The position numbers and the translations under genes are program-made. A stretch of DNA of 64,000 nt from Laetmonice hystrix (Eukaryota), in contig OZ249436.1 of assembly GCA_965235115.1 (NCBI GenBank), positions 7,068,001-7,132,000 on the forward strand, written 5' to 3'. Positions 30,133-41,887 of this stretch are shown piece by piece; position 1 is the first letter of the stretch; every line of letters begins with the position of its first letter. Under the pieces are notes generated by a model that worked only from the letters and a program-made list of their open reading frames with translations, was not told the origin of the DNA and made no database searches.

Positions 30133-30162
30133 TGACCCTTCTCATGATGACCCTTCTCATGA
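30133..30162. repeat. 15-bp exact tandem duplication
   Basis: tgacccttctcatga x2. Confidence 0.9.
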
Positions 30163-30335
30163 TGGCTAATTGTCATAGGTGGAAACAAATTTTCAGAAAC
30201 TTTCGAACATTCATTAACCTTGCTCCAACATAAGAAGCCGAAGTGAAACTAATACATTTTGGATCAACAACAAAACTGACCGGAGAATGCCCTCATTTAC
30301 AAATGACCTTCAGTTCTATGGCCAGACGCATAGAA

Positions 30336-30371
30336 AAGTCAAAGTTCAAAGGTCAGCTCAGACCGAGGTCA
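30336..30371 (+). promoter_or_regulatory. Chained DR1 nuclear-receptor element
   Basis: AAGTCA a AGTTCA a AGGTCA at 30336-30355, another AGGTCA at 30366, and TGACCT at 30304. Confidence 0.45.
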
Positions 30372-30581
30372 GAAGCCAGCAAGATCCATCTGCATCCTAC
30401 TGTGAGCCTAGCGTCATGGCAACAGTGGGAGTAATTAGCAGGTGAAGCCGGTGTAGGGCTTCAGGGCAAGTATCATCTTCTGATCACTACACCTGACAGG
30501 TCGCTGATGACTCAGCAAAAAGGCACCCCCGGCACTGCCCTGACTCCATGGGTGGTAGCCTTAAACCACGGCCGCCACCAG

Positions 30582-30601
30582 GGAGGGGGGAGGGGTTGGG
30601 G
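30582..30601 (+). other. G-quadruplex-forming tract
   Basis: GGG A GGGGG A GGGG TT GGGG. Confidence 0.55.
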
Positions 30602-32765
30602 ACATGGGTATTGTTACAGGTAACTGGGTTACAGGTAACCGGGAGGTGGGCAGGGCTGATGGAGACCACTCTCTGTCTCACATCCTTCCTGCAGCCCCAA
30701 GCCCTGTCTGCATGAACTAACCATGACTCTCTCTTGTCTAATCTCGATCGTTAACCATTAAATATGGTCAAGTTAGAAATACCTCGAGGTGTTGTTGAAC
30801 ACCGATAGAAGTATATTATCTAGATTCGAGGCAACAGTTCTTTTCGAAGGCATTGCCAGAATTAACATTTTTATATACTACTCACAAAGACTTGTTCATG
30901 CCATGTCAAGCAATGGGTAGTAGGGTCCGAGGTGTTCGTTATCGCATCCCAATTTCCGATGTAAAACTATTACCTCTGCGATGCGTTTTTACCCTGGTGT
31001 CGCTGAAAATATTGCTGTACCAAAATACAAATATTTATTTACCTATTTTGGTACTTATAGCAAAAATTGCGATACAATTTTTCTCAAACATTTCGGACCC
31101 TGGGCTAGTTAAAAGTCGAGGCTTTGCAAATACTGAACAAACATGTCTTATCATGTAAATTATAACTATAGAAATTACATTCGGCCACTTCAGTATTTAT
31201 CTTGCATTCTAGTATTGCTCTAAACAGGTCAATATCGGTAGCTTGTTGAGTCGAGGCATTAATTCCACACAGGACCTATGGGTGTAAGCTAGGTGATTTA
31301 TGTATATGTCAATGTTGAAGATGTCATGGGACCAGGCACGGGTACCGATTCACCTTCTCCGTTTCCTGCCAGAATACCTTTGGGTGGCAGTTAAGGAATG
31401 GATCCGTTATATAGCGGGAGTCCTCCCTCGGCAAAAAGGGGCCTTTCAGTATCTGCCATCCGAAAGTATTCTGGCTTTATTTTGACAAAATTCCAACCCC
31501 TAGGCTATCCCACTAAAGTCCATCAACTCCTCCCCTAAAGGGTTTCTGCGCATCCTGCAGTACATCATCACTACCTCCTGAACTAGCAAGGCCTGGTCAA
31601 GCCTGTCGGTAGAAAAACTTCACAATAATAGAAGACCACGTTAGTTATAAATCTTACCAGCACTAGCCTAAAAGTCTCTAGGGTTAAACGGAGGAGATGT
31701 AATTTTCCTGTTTCCTGAGGGCTAACCTGTTAACTTTACATCGTCGTGTGAACTGTCTGGGTAAGAGTGATAAACCTGGGGATATTGACGTGGTAGAAGA
31801 CTTTGAAGGTCTGCCCAGCTACATGGACTAAGACAAAGAGGGTGTTGGTTAGGGCGCTGAAGGTGAAAGTAATTACCCTACTCCATCACTAAGCCGAAGA
31901 TGATACTGCATTGCCCCACCCATGAAATGGGGTTTCCTCTCAGGCAAAACTCAAATGAAGCACGATGGTTTATGCAACAGTCATAATATCTCGGGGCGTG
32001 AGGAGCAAGGCCAAGCCTCAGCCCTTTCCTTTATCCAGGAAAAAAATGGAAATTTGCCAACCATGTGTCCTTGCGAGGCGTGAGTCAGGACGAGTGTAAT
32101 GCCAACCTTTGAGTTGGAAACAGCAGGGAATACATGAAACATCCCTGCTCACACTTTGACGGGATTGTGTGGACTGAGTGGAAGGGTGGCGGCGGGCATG
32201 GCCAGATCATGGCATCACAGGCCTTCCATCGGGTGACGGACTTAACCCTGGCTGCCTGTTAATCCCGGGATTAGAAATACCCTCATGGGGCATAGGGTTA
32301 AATGCCATGACATGAAATATTGGCCTTCTGAGGCGGGATTATGTAGATGAGGGCGTGGAGGATCCCTGGGGTGGTGTGCCGCTGTGGGGGTGCATAGAGG
32401 GGGTGGGGGCATTGTTGTCCATGCTACCCCCTGGTCATTACCCCACAACTAGACGACCAGCATCGACAGGTTTAATCCCCACCCCGCAAACCCTCTACCC
32501 AGGCTCCCTCATTTAGCTCCCACATTACGAACCTTCATATGCCACGTTCTGGCCCTGGTCATAATGCACCAGTAGGCAGGGTAATGCATGGGTTTGATCC
32601 ATGGGGTGAAGGTATTTGCCCCCACCTGATGATGCTCAGGGAAAATATGGATGATAAAGGCACCTGTGGACAGTATATAGATTCATTCATCTCACGACAA
32701 GTTTAAAGTGATTGCGACCATCCCGGGTCATTCTTAATGAGAGAATGGATGGGCATTCAATCTAT

Positions 32766-33028
32766 GGGGCGGACTATTTGATACGTGGGTGGGGGCTATG
32801 GTTCTTTGGGAAAAAATAATCTGTTCACCAAACATAGGAAAAAAGTAATTTGTTCATCAAACTTGATCTACATAAAAAAATAGTTTGCTCTAGATGTAAA
32901 AAAGATTAGAGTATAGTCGAAATGGGGGGGGGGATAGTTTGATTAATGGTCATAGCGAAAAAAAAAGATAGCTTTGGCCTGGGTGCAAAAAAATAGTTTG
33001 CTCCCCCCGTATCAAATGGTCCGATCTT
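32766..33028. mobile_element. Decayed MITE, possibly PIF/Harbinger-type
   Basis: TIR core cggac(t/c)atttgatacg(t/g)ggg at both ends (20 bp, 2 mismatches), G-rich termini, internal aaaaaaatagtttgctc sub-repeats. Confidence 0.7.
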
Positions 33029-33191
33029 AGGTAGAAACTCTCCCCTCGAATAATGGAATCCATACAGTTCATGAAAATTAATTGTAATTGCCTTAATCTA
33101 CTATTCAAGGAATATTTTTACAACAAAGGGAAAGGAAGCATATAGATTCCTTTATCTCACAACACAGGTGGAGTTGATTGCACCATATCAG

Positions 33192-33617
33192 ACCATGCCT
33201 AATGACTGAATGAATCCTCTCCATTAGTAGAAACTGTCCCATACAATCATACCATACCATACCATACCAGACCATGCCTAATGACTGAATGAATCGTCTC
33301 CATTAGTAGAAACTGTCCCATACAATCATACCATACCATGCCTAATGACTGAATGAATCCTCTCCATTAGTAGAAACTGTCCCATACAATCATACCATAC
33401 CATACCATACCAGACCATGCCTAATGACTGAATGAATCGTCTCCATTAGTAGAAACTGTCCCATACAATCATACCATACCATGCCTAATGACTGAATGAA
33501 TCCTCTCCATTAGTAGAAACTGTCCCATACAATCATACCATACCATACCATACCAGACCATGCCTAATGACTGAATGAATCCTCTCCATTAGTAGAAACT
33601 GTCCCATACAATCATAC
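33192..33617. repeat. Minisatellite with alternating 79/64-bp units (143-bp higher-order dimer)
   Basis: Unit starts accatgcctaatgactg at 33192, 33271, 33335, 33414, 33478, 33557. Lengths differ by the ccata pentamer tract. A C/G SNP (gaatc[c/g]tctcc) alternates with length. Confidence 0.97.
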
Positions 33618-34062
33618 ACTCCATACACCCCATGAAAATTAACTGCAATTACCTCAATCTATTATTCAAATAATTCAAGTTACGTTCAAGTAAAATTTCA
33701 TTTTGTTTTGGGGACCATGCAGTTGAATACCCATTCAGAACATCGTACAATGGCCTAAAATGGATAAAGACGTTTCGCTTATAATCCAAGGTTCTATTTC
33801 AGACTTTTTGCCGAGGAGTTATTTACCACGGTTCTGACCTGGAGACACTATCCGTAATAAATACTGCCGGATTACTGGTACATTAAGATGATGGATCCTG
33901 TGTTAGCGTTCCCTTTTCTTATACCTCCCTACCAAAGTCACCTACGACCACGTTAAGACTGGGGGTTTAATCAGTTGGGGGAAGCGAAGCCACACGACTG
34001 AAGTCTGAAAGGGCATTAATTTGTTGATTACCTGTATCTGAGCCTGACCGCCGGCCAACACG

Positions 34063-34076
34063 CTGCCCTCTGGTGG
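34063..34076 (-). promoter_or_regulatory. CTCF-like core motif
   Basis: Reverse complement reads CCACCAGAGGGCAG. Confidence 0.5.
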
Positions 34077-34726
34077 TGAATGAGATGATTGTGAGAGAGT
34101 TGGTCCAGCACGGTACCCAGACCGACTGGCTGAACTTCCCCTGAACCTGGCCTGCTTCCTGGCAGTCACCCTCATCATGTCACAGACAGCAGCTACACCT
34201 GGTAATGGCATCGTATAGGAACATATACCTTTCCATTCAAAACGGGGAAGGCAAAGAAAAAACTGCCTTAACCATTTTTTAAACGTGCACTGACTTGGTA
34301 TTAAATCTTTAATGTCTCAATAAAATCCAATACACCATTAGACTTGAATTAGTTCCTGCTTAACCTTTTGTTCGCCATCGTGGAGGTTGCATCAGAATGG
34401 ATGTCACCCGAAGAAACCCCTTGACTATTTCAAACACTCGGTCATCTATAAGACATTAGAAGGCCACTCATGTGATACTCATCTCCCATGAACTGGTTCT
34501 TTCTTGAGGCTTTCCAAGAAGTCTTAGAAGATGTGTGAGACTAGTGAAGTAAAAGTCTCGTGTATAGGATAACGTGAACAGTACACAGGAGTTCAAATAA
34601 AGGTGTGTTTCGCCTTTAAATTGCATTGCTACCTATTAAAGGATATGATTTTGTATCTGTATCTATGTATAAGTGGCTTACTGGTACATAGTTCGGGATG
34701 TTAGCCAACTGGTAAGTATCAAGTAC

Positions 34727-35001
34727 CTGTTGAAGGCGGTGGCTGAGGGGCTTTGCCCTTTGAATCATCATATGGTTTGTGTATCTCATAACTATTGCAG
34801 TAACGGATCCCGTGGATGAGGAAGTCAGGACTCCCCCACTTCATACAGCTTTCTGAATTAATAATGTTTACCGCCCCTTTCACCAGATCCGCCCCTCTAT
34901 TGAATACAAGTAAGTTCCAGCTTGGAACAGTCGGTGTGCAGAACTTGAAGAAGTTGTTGATGAATATTTCACGATCAGCGACCACTGTCACCTGTTTCAA
35001 C
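34727..35001 (-). CDS. Weak candidate 275-nt exon within ORF 34719-35129
   Basis: Bounded by tcactacag|G and CAG|GTACTT. Open frame LKQVTVVADREIFINNFFKF...PQPPPST. No recognised family; it contains a ccagatccgcccct MITE-end-like motif, which argues against coding. Confidence 0.12.
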
Positions 35002-35397
35002 CTGTAGTGACAGATGACCAGTCTGCAGCTACTGGCTATGTGTCTCTCTGACTGGCTGCTTACTTCCGCCATGGGCGGGCACTGGGAGGAAGAAAGTGTC
35101 ATGGCTCGGCTGAACTTGTCCCTCCCCACCGGTCGTTGATCATTGTAATAAGGATCGTTTCTGCTTTAACTTGCCATGCTATCTCTTTGGTGCCACCCAC
35201 GATGCGTCTTCAAGCCGTGGGCCACTTCCTCCCACCTATCTCATGCCTTAGCTCACCTTATTAAAATTTCACATGCCCTCGTTTCACTCTTTTTTGTTAG
35301 GTCTTCAGTGGGCAAAGTCTCATGTGATGCCTGGTACCCATACTGAAGCGATAACGTTAACTTTTATTTCTGTCGTATAAGATTAGAATCATACGTT

Positions 35398-36610
35398 ATA
35401 ACTGACCTGTGCATACAGATCAAAGTGTATATTCAGGCACCACACCAAATTCTGATCTCGAGATGTGATTATATTATAACGGACCTGTGCATACAGATCA
35501 AAGTGTATATTCAGGCACCAAATTCTGATCTCGAGATGTGATTATATTATAACGGACCTGTGCATACAGTTCAAAGTGTATATTCAGGCACCACACCAAA
35601 TTCTGATCTCGAGATGTGATTATATTATAACTGACCTGTGCATACAGATCAAAGTGTATATTCAGGCACCACACCAAATTCTGATCTCGAGATGTGATTA
35701 TATTATAACGGACCTGTGCACACAGATCAAAGTGTATATACAGGCACCACACCAAATTCTGATCTCGAGATGTGATTATATTATAACTGACCTGTGCATA
35801 CAGTTCAAAGTGTATATTCAGGCACCACTCCAAATTCTGATCTCGAGATGTGATTATATTATAACTGACCTGTGCATACAGATCAAAGTGTACATACAGG
35901 CACCACACCAAATTCTGATCTCGAGATGTGATTATATTATAACGGACCTGTGCATACAGATCAAAGTGTACATTCAGGCACCACACCAAATTCTGATCTC
36001 GAGGTGTGATTATATTATAACGGACCTGTGCACACAGATCAAAGTGTATATTCAGGCACCGCACCAAATTCTGATCTCGAGATGTGATTATATTATAACT
36101 GACCTGTGCATACAGTTCAAAGTGTATATTCAGGCACCACACCAAATTCTGATCTCGAGATGTGATTATATTATAACTGACCTGTGCATACAGATCAAAG
36201 TGTACATACAGGCACCACACCAAATTCTGATCTCGAGATGTGATTATATTATAACTGACCTGTGCATACAGATCAAAGTGTATATTTAAGTGCTAAACCC
36301 ACCAAGGCGATTCCCCTTGCGACGGCCATGCGGTTTTTGATTTAATGGTGGAATTTCACTCTGAAATTTTTCCTGGCTGGCCTTCTCCGTTTCAGGAAAT
36401 GGGTTCCATCCTTTAATCTCAGAATTACAGTAAAATAAAAGGGTGAGGTCAAAATCGTATGGGCGTCGCAAGGGGAATCGCCTTGGTGGGTTCAGCACTT
36501 TAGGCACCACACCAAATTCTGATCTCGAGATGTGATTATATTATAACTGATCTGTGCACACATCAAAGTGTATATTCAGGCACCACACCAAATTCTGATC
36601 TCGAGATGTG
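35398..36610. repeat. 78-bp minisatellite (~13 units) interrupted by a MITE
   Basis: Unit ataac(t/g)gacctgtgcatacag(a/t)tcaaagtgtatattcaggcaccacaccaaattctgatctcgagatgtgattatatt. Starts at 35398, 35476, 35549 (after a 5-bp deletion), then every 78 bp to 36251. Resumes at 36503 and ends at 36610. Confidence 0.98.
36289..36499. mobile_element. 211-bp MITE, PIF/Harbinger (Tourist-like)
   Basis: ~50-bp TIRs agtgct(a/g)aacccaccaaggcgattccccttgcgacg(g/c)ccat(g/a)cg, flanked by a 3-bp TTA TSD at 36286-36288 and 36500-36502. Confidence 0.9.
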
Positions 36611-38162
36611 CTTGTAGTTGCAATGTAAAGCAAGGGAAAATCTGTGAAACTCCATCGTTTCAAATGCAAAACCCTACCAGTCTTCGTCTTCATCCAATAC
36701 AGTATTTTATTTCGCAAAAAGAAATAGGCGATAGTATCGGATAGTGCTAAGTCCTGCTGGAGTAAGAATAAAAGTTAGTATTAGGCACGTCAGTCAAAAC
36801 ATACTCTTTGTTCCAGTTATATTTCTTTCTTCATGGAAAAAAAGAAGAGGAATTCTCATTCCCATCTTGTCAAGATCGCTAGATCCGAGCTGGCAGATAA
36901 TAATACAACTGTCACTTGGCCGTGTTTGATCCATTCATAAGGCAAAATGAGCTTCATATGAGCCCCATAATCAATTCATCTTTGAGATAACGTAAGAAAA
37001 ACAGCACATGCCTGTCTCAGATACATGGCTACACACATACCTTTAGATGTCATGTCTGACCCTGAATCTACTCTGGCTCTTAAACTGCCATACTGATTGG
37101 ACTCTGGATAAGAAAGACAGAAAGTCACCGGACACTATCAGTCCGAAGCAAACAAAGGCTCCTTCATACACGCAGTACCAGTCGAATAGGAATATGCTAT
37201 GACCGCCACTAACTACACAAAAAAGTCCATAAAAGGATATAATATCTCAGTGTGATTTTTGGTCAAATCTCAGCAATAAACGAATTGCGAGTGGTACAAC
37301 AATTTTCATATGAACTTTTTGCTCAGGCTTTATGATAACGTTAAATCGTAAAACCCTGCCATTAAAGTACATTTTATCCTTATTTTGACCTTTTCTCGAA
37401 TTCTTATCTTTTAACATGACGACAACCTGCCCGACTACTCCATGTTGGTAAAGTCTGTACCTTTCTAATGTCGTTTCTGACACACGGAATAAAAGTCCAT
37501 ATTTAACAAATGGGCAAATGGTAGGGACCTGCAACACTGATGCGAACTGTGGCACGCCTTGTCATCATCAGGTGTCAAGCCCTAGATTCCTGAACCTCAT
37601 TTCACTTTCGGTAATAAACATTAGCACCCCCAGCATGAAAGTTCTAGAGCTTGTGAATATTCATATCATGACACCTTGAGTGCACTGTGCTCTAATTTAA
37701 ATGCACACCAAGGGACGCAACCTGTGAGGGGCTGTTGGGTTATTTTTACTCACCATTCTGGCAGAGATTGATCGGTTCCTATTGAAAGAGGGTGTACTAT
37801 TAACTGCTCACTTTGTGTCAGCTAAGTAATCTAATGACGTCACCAAAGAAAAGGAAACTTTTCGTAGCCTCCGGTCTACTGTAGGATACCGATAATACTT
37901 TTACGATTCTGCCTTAATTGTAACCTTACTGCTACATGTTTAATCTAGTTGAAAAACTGATTAGAAATAATGAGGTCGATGTCAAATGTAATGATCAAAC
38001 AAACTTTCGGCAATATTTGTCAGCAGTTTCACTCATAAAGGATTAGTAGAAGATCCTGTATCTATTCCTGTTTTCCTGCAGCTGACTGACTGCCGACTGC
38101 TGACCTCCTGAACGCTGGTAGGCTGCTTGCTAACCTTCTTAACAGGCAGATTGCTAACCTCC

Positions 38163-38858
38163 TGACTGACTGCTGACTCATAACTGACTGCTGACATCAT
38201 AACTGACTGCTGACATCATAACTGACGGCTGACATCATAACTGACTGCTGACATCATAACTGACTGCTGACATCATAACTGACTGCTGACATCATAACTG
38301 ACTGCTGACTCATAACTGACTGCTGACATCATAACTGACTGCTGACATCATAACTGACTGCTGACTCATAACTAACTGCTGACATCATAACTGACTGCTG
38401 GCATCATAACTGACTGCTGACATCATAACTGACTGCTGACATCATAACTGACTGTTGACATCATGACTGACTGCTGACATCATGACTGACTGCTGACATC
38501 ATGACTGACTGCTGACATCACAACTGACTGCTGACATCATGACTGACTGCTGACATCATGACTGACTGCTGACATCATGACTGACTGCTGACATCATGAC
38601 TGACTGCTGACATCATGACTGACTGCTGACATCATAACTGACTGCTGACATCATAACTGACTGTTGACATCATGACTGACTGCTGACATCATGACTGACT
38701 GCTGACATCATGACTGACTACTGACATCATGACTGACTGCTGACATCATAACTGACTGTTGACATCATGACTGACTGCTGACATCATGACTGACTGCTGA
38801 CATAAGTGCTGGCATTATAACTGACTGCTGACATCATAACTGAATGCTGACATCATAA
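38163..38858. repeat. 19-bp minisatellite, ~36 units
   Basis: Unit (a/g)actgactgctgacatcat. Degenerate proto-units extend left to about 38082. Confidence 0.98.
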
Positions 38859-40193
38859 GGGACTTCTATCCTGACTGATAGCTCGCAGCCGACTCCTGGC
38901 TTGCATTCGATAAGACCCGACGTCTGCCTTTCATAACATTTGTAAAAATTTGCATTCTAATTTAAATCTAATACCCTTTATCTTTATGAAAAGGTAATAT
39001 AAGTTTATACAAAAGAAAAGAAAACTGTGCAGGTGTTTAAAATTATTCTGCGTAAACTCCCCAACAGTTTCGTCTGAAACAAACTAAACATTGAATCAAC
39101 CGTTTGAGACCTCTCAGTCTGGAGTTTTTGCCCCAGTCTGCCCACAACATCGATTGAGTCTCTGAGCAGACAAGTTCTTTTAGCTGTGATTTCCCCTGTT
39201 GGTATGAAGTGCTCAGATAGTGCATTCTCCGCGAAGATTAACGTACTGCCCCCCTTGTGATCACCAGTTGTCTCTGCCTACCGACCACCAATATGACAAT
39301 TGCCAAGTTTAGTCGCCGCTCGAGGACCATTCATCATGTTCCCTGTCATCAGCCAAGTTTAGCTAACTCTAGAGAGAACAGAAATAATCATTCTATCCTA
39401 AAAGTACAGCAACTCTTTCATGAAAAATGCCTAGATACTTCTCCTGTTCCTCCTGCAGAGACGGTGACAGAAAGGACCACTGTTGGAGCAGAACCGAAGG
39501 AAGGCCACGGGAAGATATTAATTATTGAACTAATTACGCTAAGTCTTGCGATGAATTCATCAAAGCTGCAAGTAATTCTGTTAATCTTCCTGTATCTTCT
39601 CAAGCATCCATTCTAAGTGGAAAAACCAGTCAAGCATGACTAATAAGACTTCAAATAAACTATCCCAAAGGATGGTGTACTGCAGACAGCAGACATTACA
39701 CAGGATCACGTAAGGCACTTTAACAGAAGATTTATGTTGGTGTTAAACTTCTGCAGCACTTGTTATGAACGCGGAAACTACTTAAACTTCTGCCTGTAAA
39801 GGCTTAATCTTTGGAATCCAAATAACTCCTTCATATTTTACATCACTGAATTCAACGAGGACCAAAGTGGCAGCATGACAGCATTGGCTGCAGTGCTGAG
39901 ATCAGTATAGAGAACCGGCGGATTAGATCCTCAATGACCCTGTCTGAGTGTCTATCAACATGAGCCTCTACGGCGCCACATCCTGTGGTGACTCCTCCCA
40001 ATAACTGAGCTCATCCTCAATGCATACCCTAGCGATCCACGGTTCCTCTCTGTCAACTCTCAACTCCTCCAATCGCCACCAAGGTCAACAATGACGGTCA
40101 GCAAGGAAATTACGCCCATTGTGTCCAAATGACAATTTGAAACTCAAGACTGGTCCCTTGTGGTTGCACAGCGTTGGCTAGCTGCGTTGATGA

Positions 40194-40208
40194 TGAACTC
40201 TGACCTTT
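40194..40208 (-). promoter_or_regulatory. DR1 nuclear-receptor element
   Basis: Reverse complement reads AAAGGTCAGAGTTCA, identical to 46924-46938 (+). Confidence 0.45.
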
Positions 40209-41506
40209 GTCAAGTGCTGGTTGATGTCAGGTGCGGACACGGAGGGGCCTGGCATAGAGTCTCCACCAGCTGCTCCTGCCACCCCTTTAGACCCCAGGGT
40301 ATAAGAGAGAAGGCGCGTCAAGCTTGCAGCCTCCAGAGAAAAGTGTTCCTCACCAGCCACTTCCTATAACATTGCCCAATTGACAAGAAGGTCCTGTTTT
40401 CTGTAAATGTCCGCCAGTCAGTCTCTCTCACCTGCCAAGGCTCAGAGAGGAGGCAGAGTCGAAGAAGATTTTCCTGTACCTCTCTCAAACCATCTGCCAT
40501 ACACTTTGGATGCCTGTCAGGAGTTACGGTTGTGTTAAATACTATCCAGTCATTTCTTCTAGACTGAAATAACTTACAGCAGTTACTCTACAGTTGTCTG
40601 AAGCCTGGGCGAAGACAGTCACTTGTATAAAGCCGCTTTATCTTTCAAGGATTTATTGGAGCCGAGAGTGGCCGAGCAATGACACACGCCCCCCATCTGG
40701 TGTTCAATGCGTGAACTAAGTCTTGTTACTCACAGAACAACGGTCTGATCAAGTTCTGATTTTGAAAACTAGACTTCTGATAATGGCTAAGACTTTGATA
40801 TCCCAAAATAAACACGCAAAGTAAGATACTATTAAATGAAATGATTAGATAACGCAAAACGTTAATACATTTAAATATTATAGAGATATTCCTACACATC
40901 CCAAATTCGTTACATAGATAGGTATAGCTCTGGCCATATCAAATAATATGTTAGAGTTGCGGTGGTTTTACGCACAAAAGGACTGAACAGATCGGAAATC
41001 TCCCCAGATCGAAACTTTAAGGTTGTTCTTGATCTCAATCAATAGTGCATCTCCTTTGAGAATAGGTGATAATTAATTCATGTAATTAGTGCCGTGCGGT
41101 CAGAGCGGCATTGTCTCGAGTCCAGGTTCACGTGACCCGCCCATCAGGCAGCACTGGCCGACCCTTGACTTCTTATGCTCACGTGATCATGTTCAATGGA
41201 TCTGTGGTATGGGCCCACAAACCGCATCAACATGATTCTATTCATCTTCACCTACCAAAACATCTTTAATGTTGGCCTTCAAAGAAAGGAAGTCACTACA
41301 GTTCTCCTTTTAACTTGTTTGTGCACATCTTTCAAGGAAGTCTACGAAACAAAAAGGATTTTATTGCCCTCTAGCGAGGGTTGTACAATACTGTAATAAA
41401 AGCGCGTATACAATTTTGCAGAGTCTTCCATAATCCGGGGTAAACAGGCATCACGGTAATCGTTCATCTATGTCACCTTCCCTTCCCTGACGCCTTCCCA
41501 TCGTAC

Positions 41507-41887
41507 AAATTTGATCTTAAACTACTTTAGTATATGAATGACTTATTAAATTTGATCTTAAAACTACTTTAGTATATGAATGACTTATTAAATTTGATCT
41601 TAAAACTACTTTAGTACATAAATGACTTATTAAATTTGATCTTAAAACTACTTTAGTATATGAATGACTTATTAAATTTGATCTTAAAACTACTTTAGTA
41701 TATGAATGACTTATTAAATTTGATCTTAAAACTACTTTAGTATATGAATGACTTATTAAATTTGATCTTAAAACTACTTTAGTATATGAAAGACTTATTA
41801 AATTTGATCTTAAAACTACTTTAGTATATGAATGACTTATTAAATTTGATCTTAAAACTACTTTAGTATATGAATGACTTATTAAAT
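41507..41887. repeat. 42-bp AT-rich minisatellite x9
   Basis: Unit aaatttgatcttaaaactactttagtatatgaatgacttatt. First unit is 41 bp; only a few substitutions across the array. Confidence 0.98.

Noticed and set aside
34801-34909. Plus-strand segment with a good acceptor and a GTAAGT donor
   Set aside because: Stop codons in all three frames; it also overlaps the competing minus-strand candidate.
35498-36289. 241-aa and 237-aa ORFs on opposite strands
   Set aside because: Artefacts of a 78-bp (26-codon) tandem unit lacking stops in those frames. They are open on both strands, have no credible start or splice context, and the array is broken by a MITE and a 5-bp deletion.
33192-41887. Regular arrays as possible CRISPR loci
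   Set aside because: Units are head-to-tail with no unique spacers, there are no cas genes, and the context is eukaryotic.
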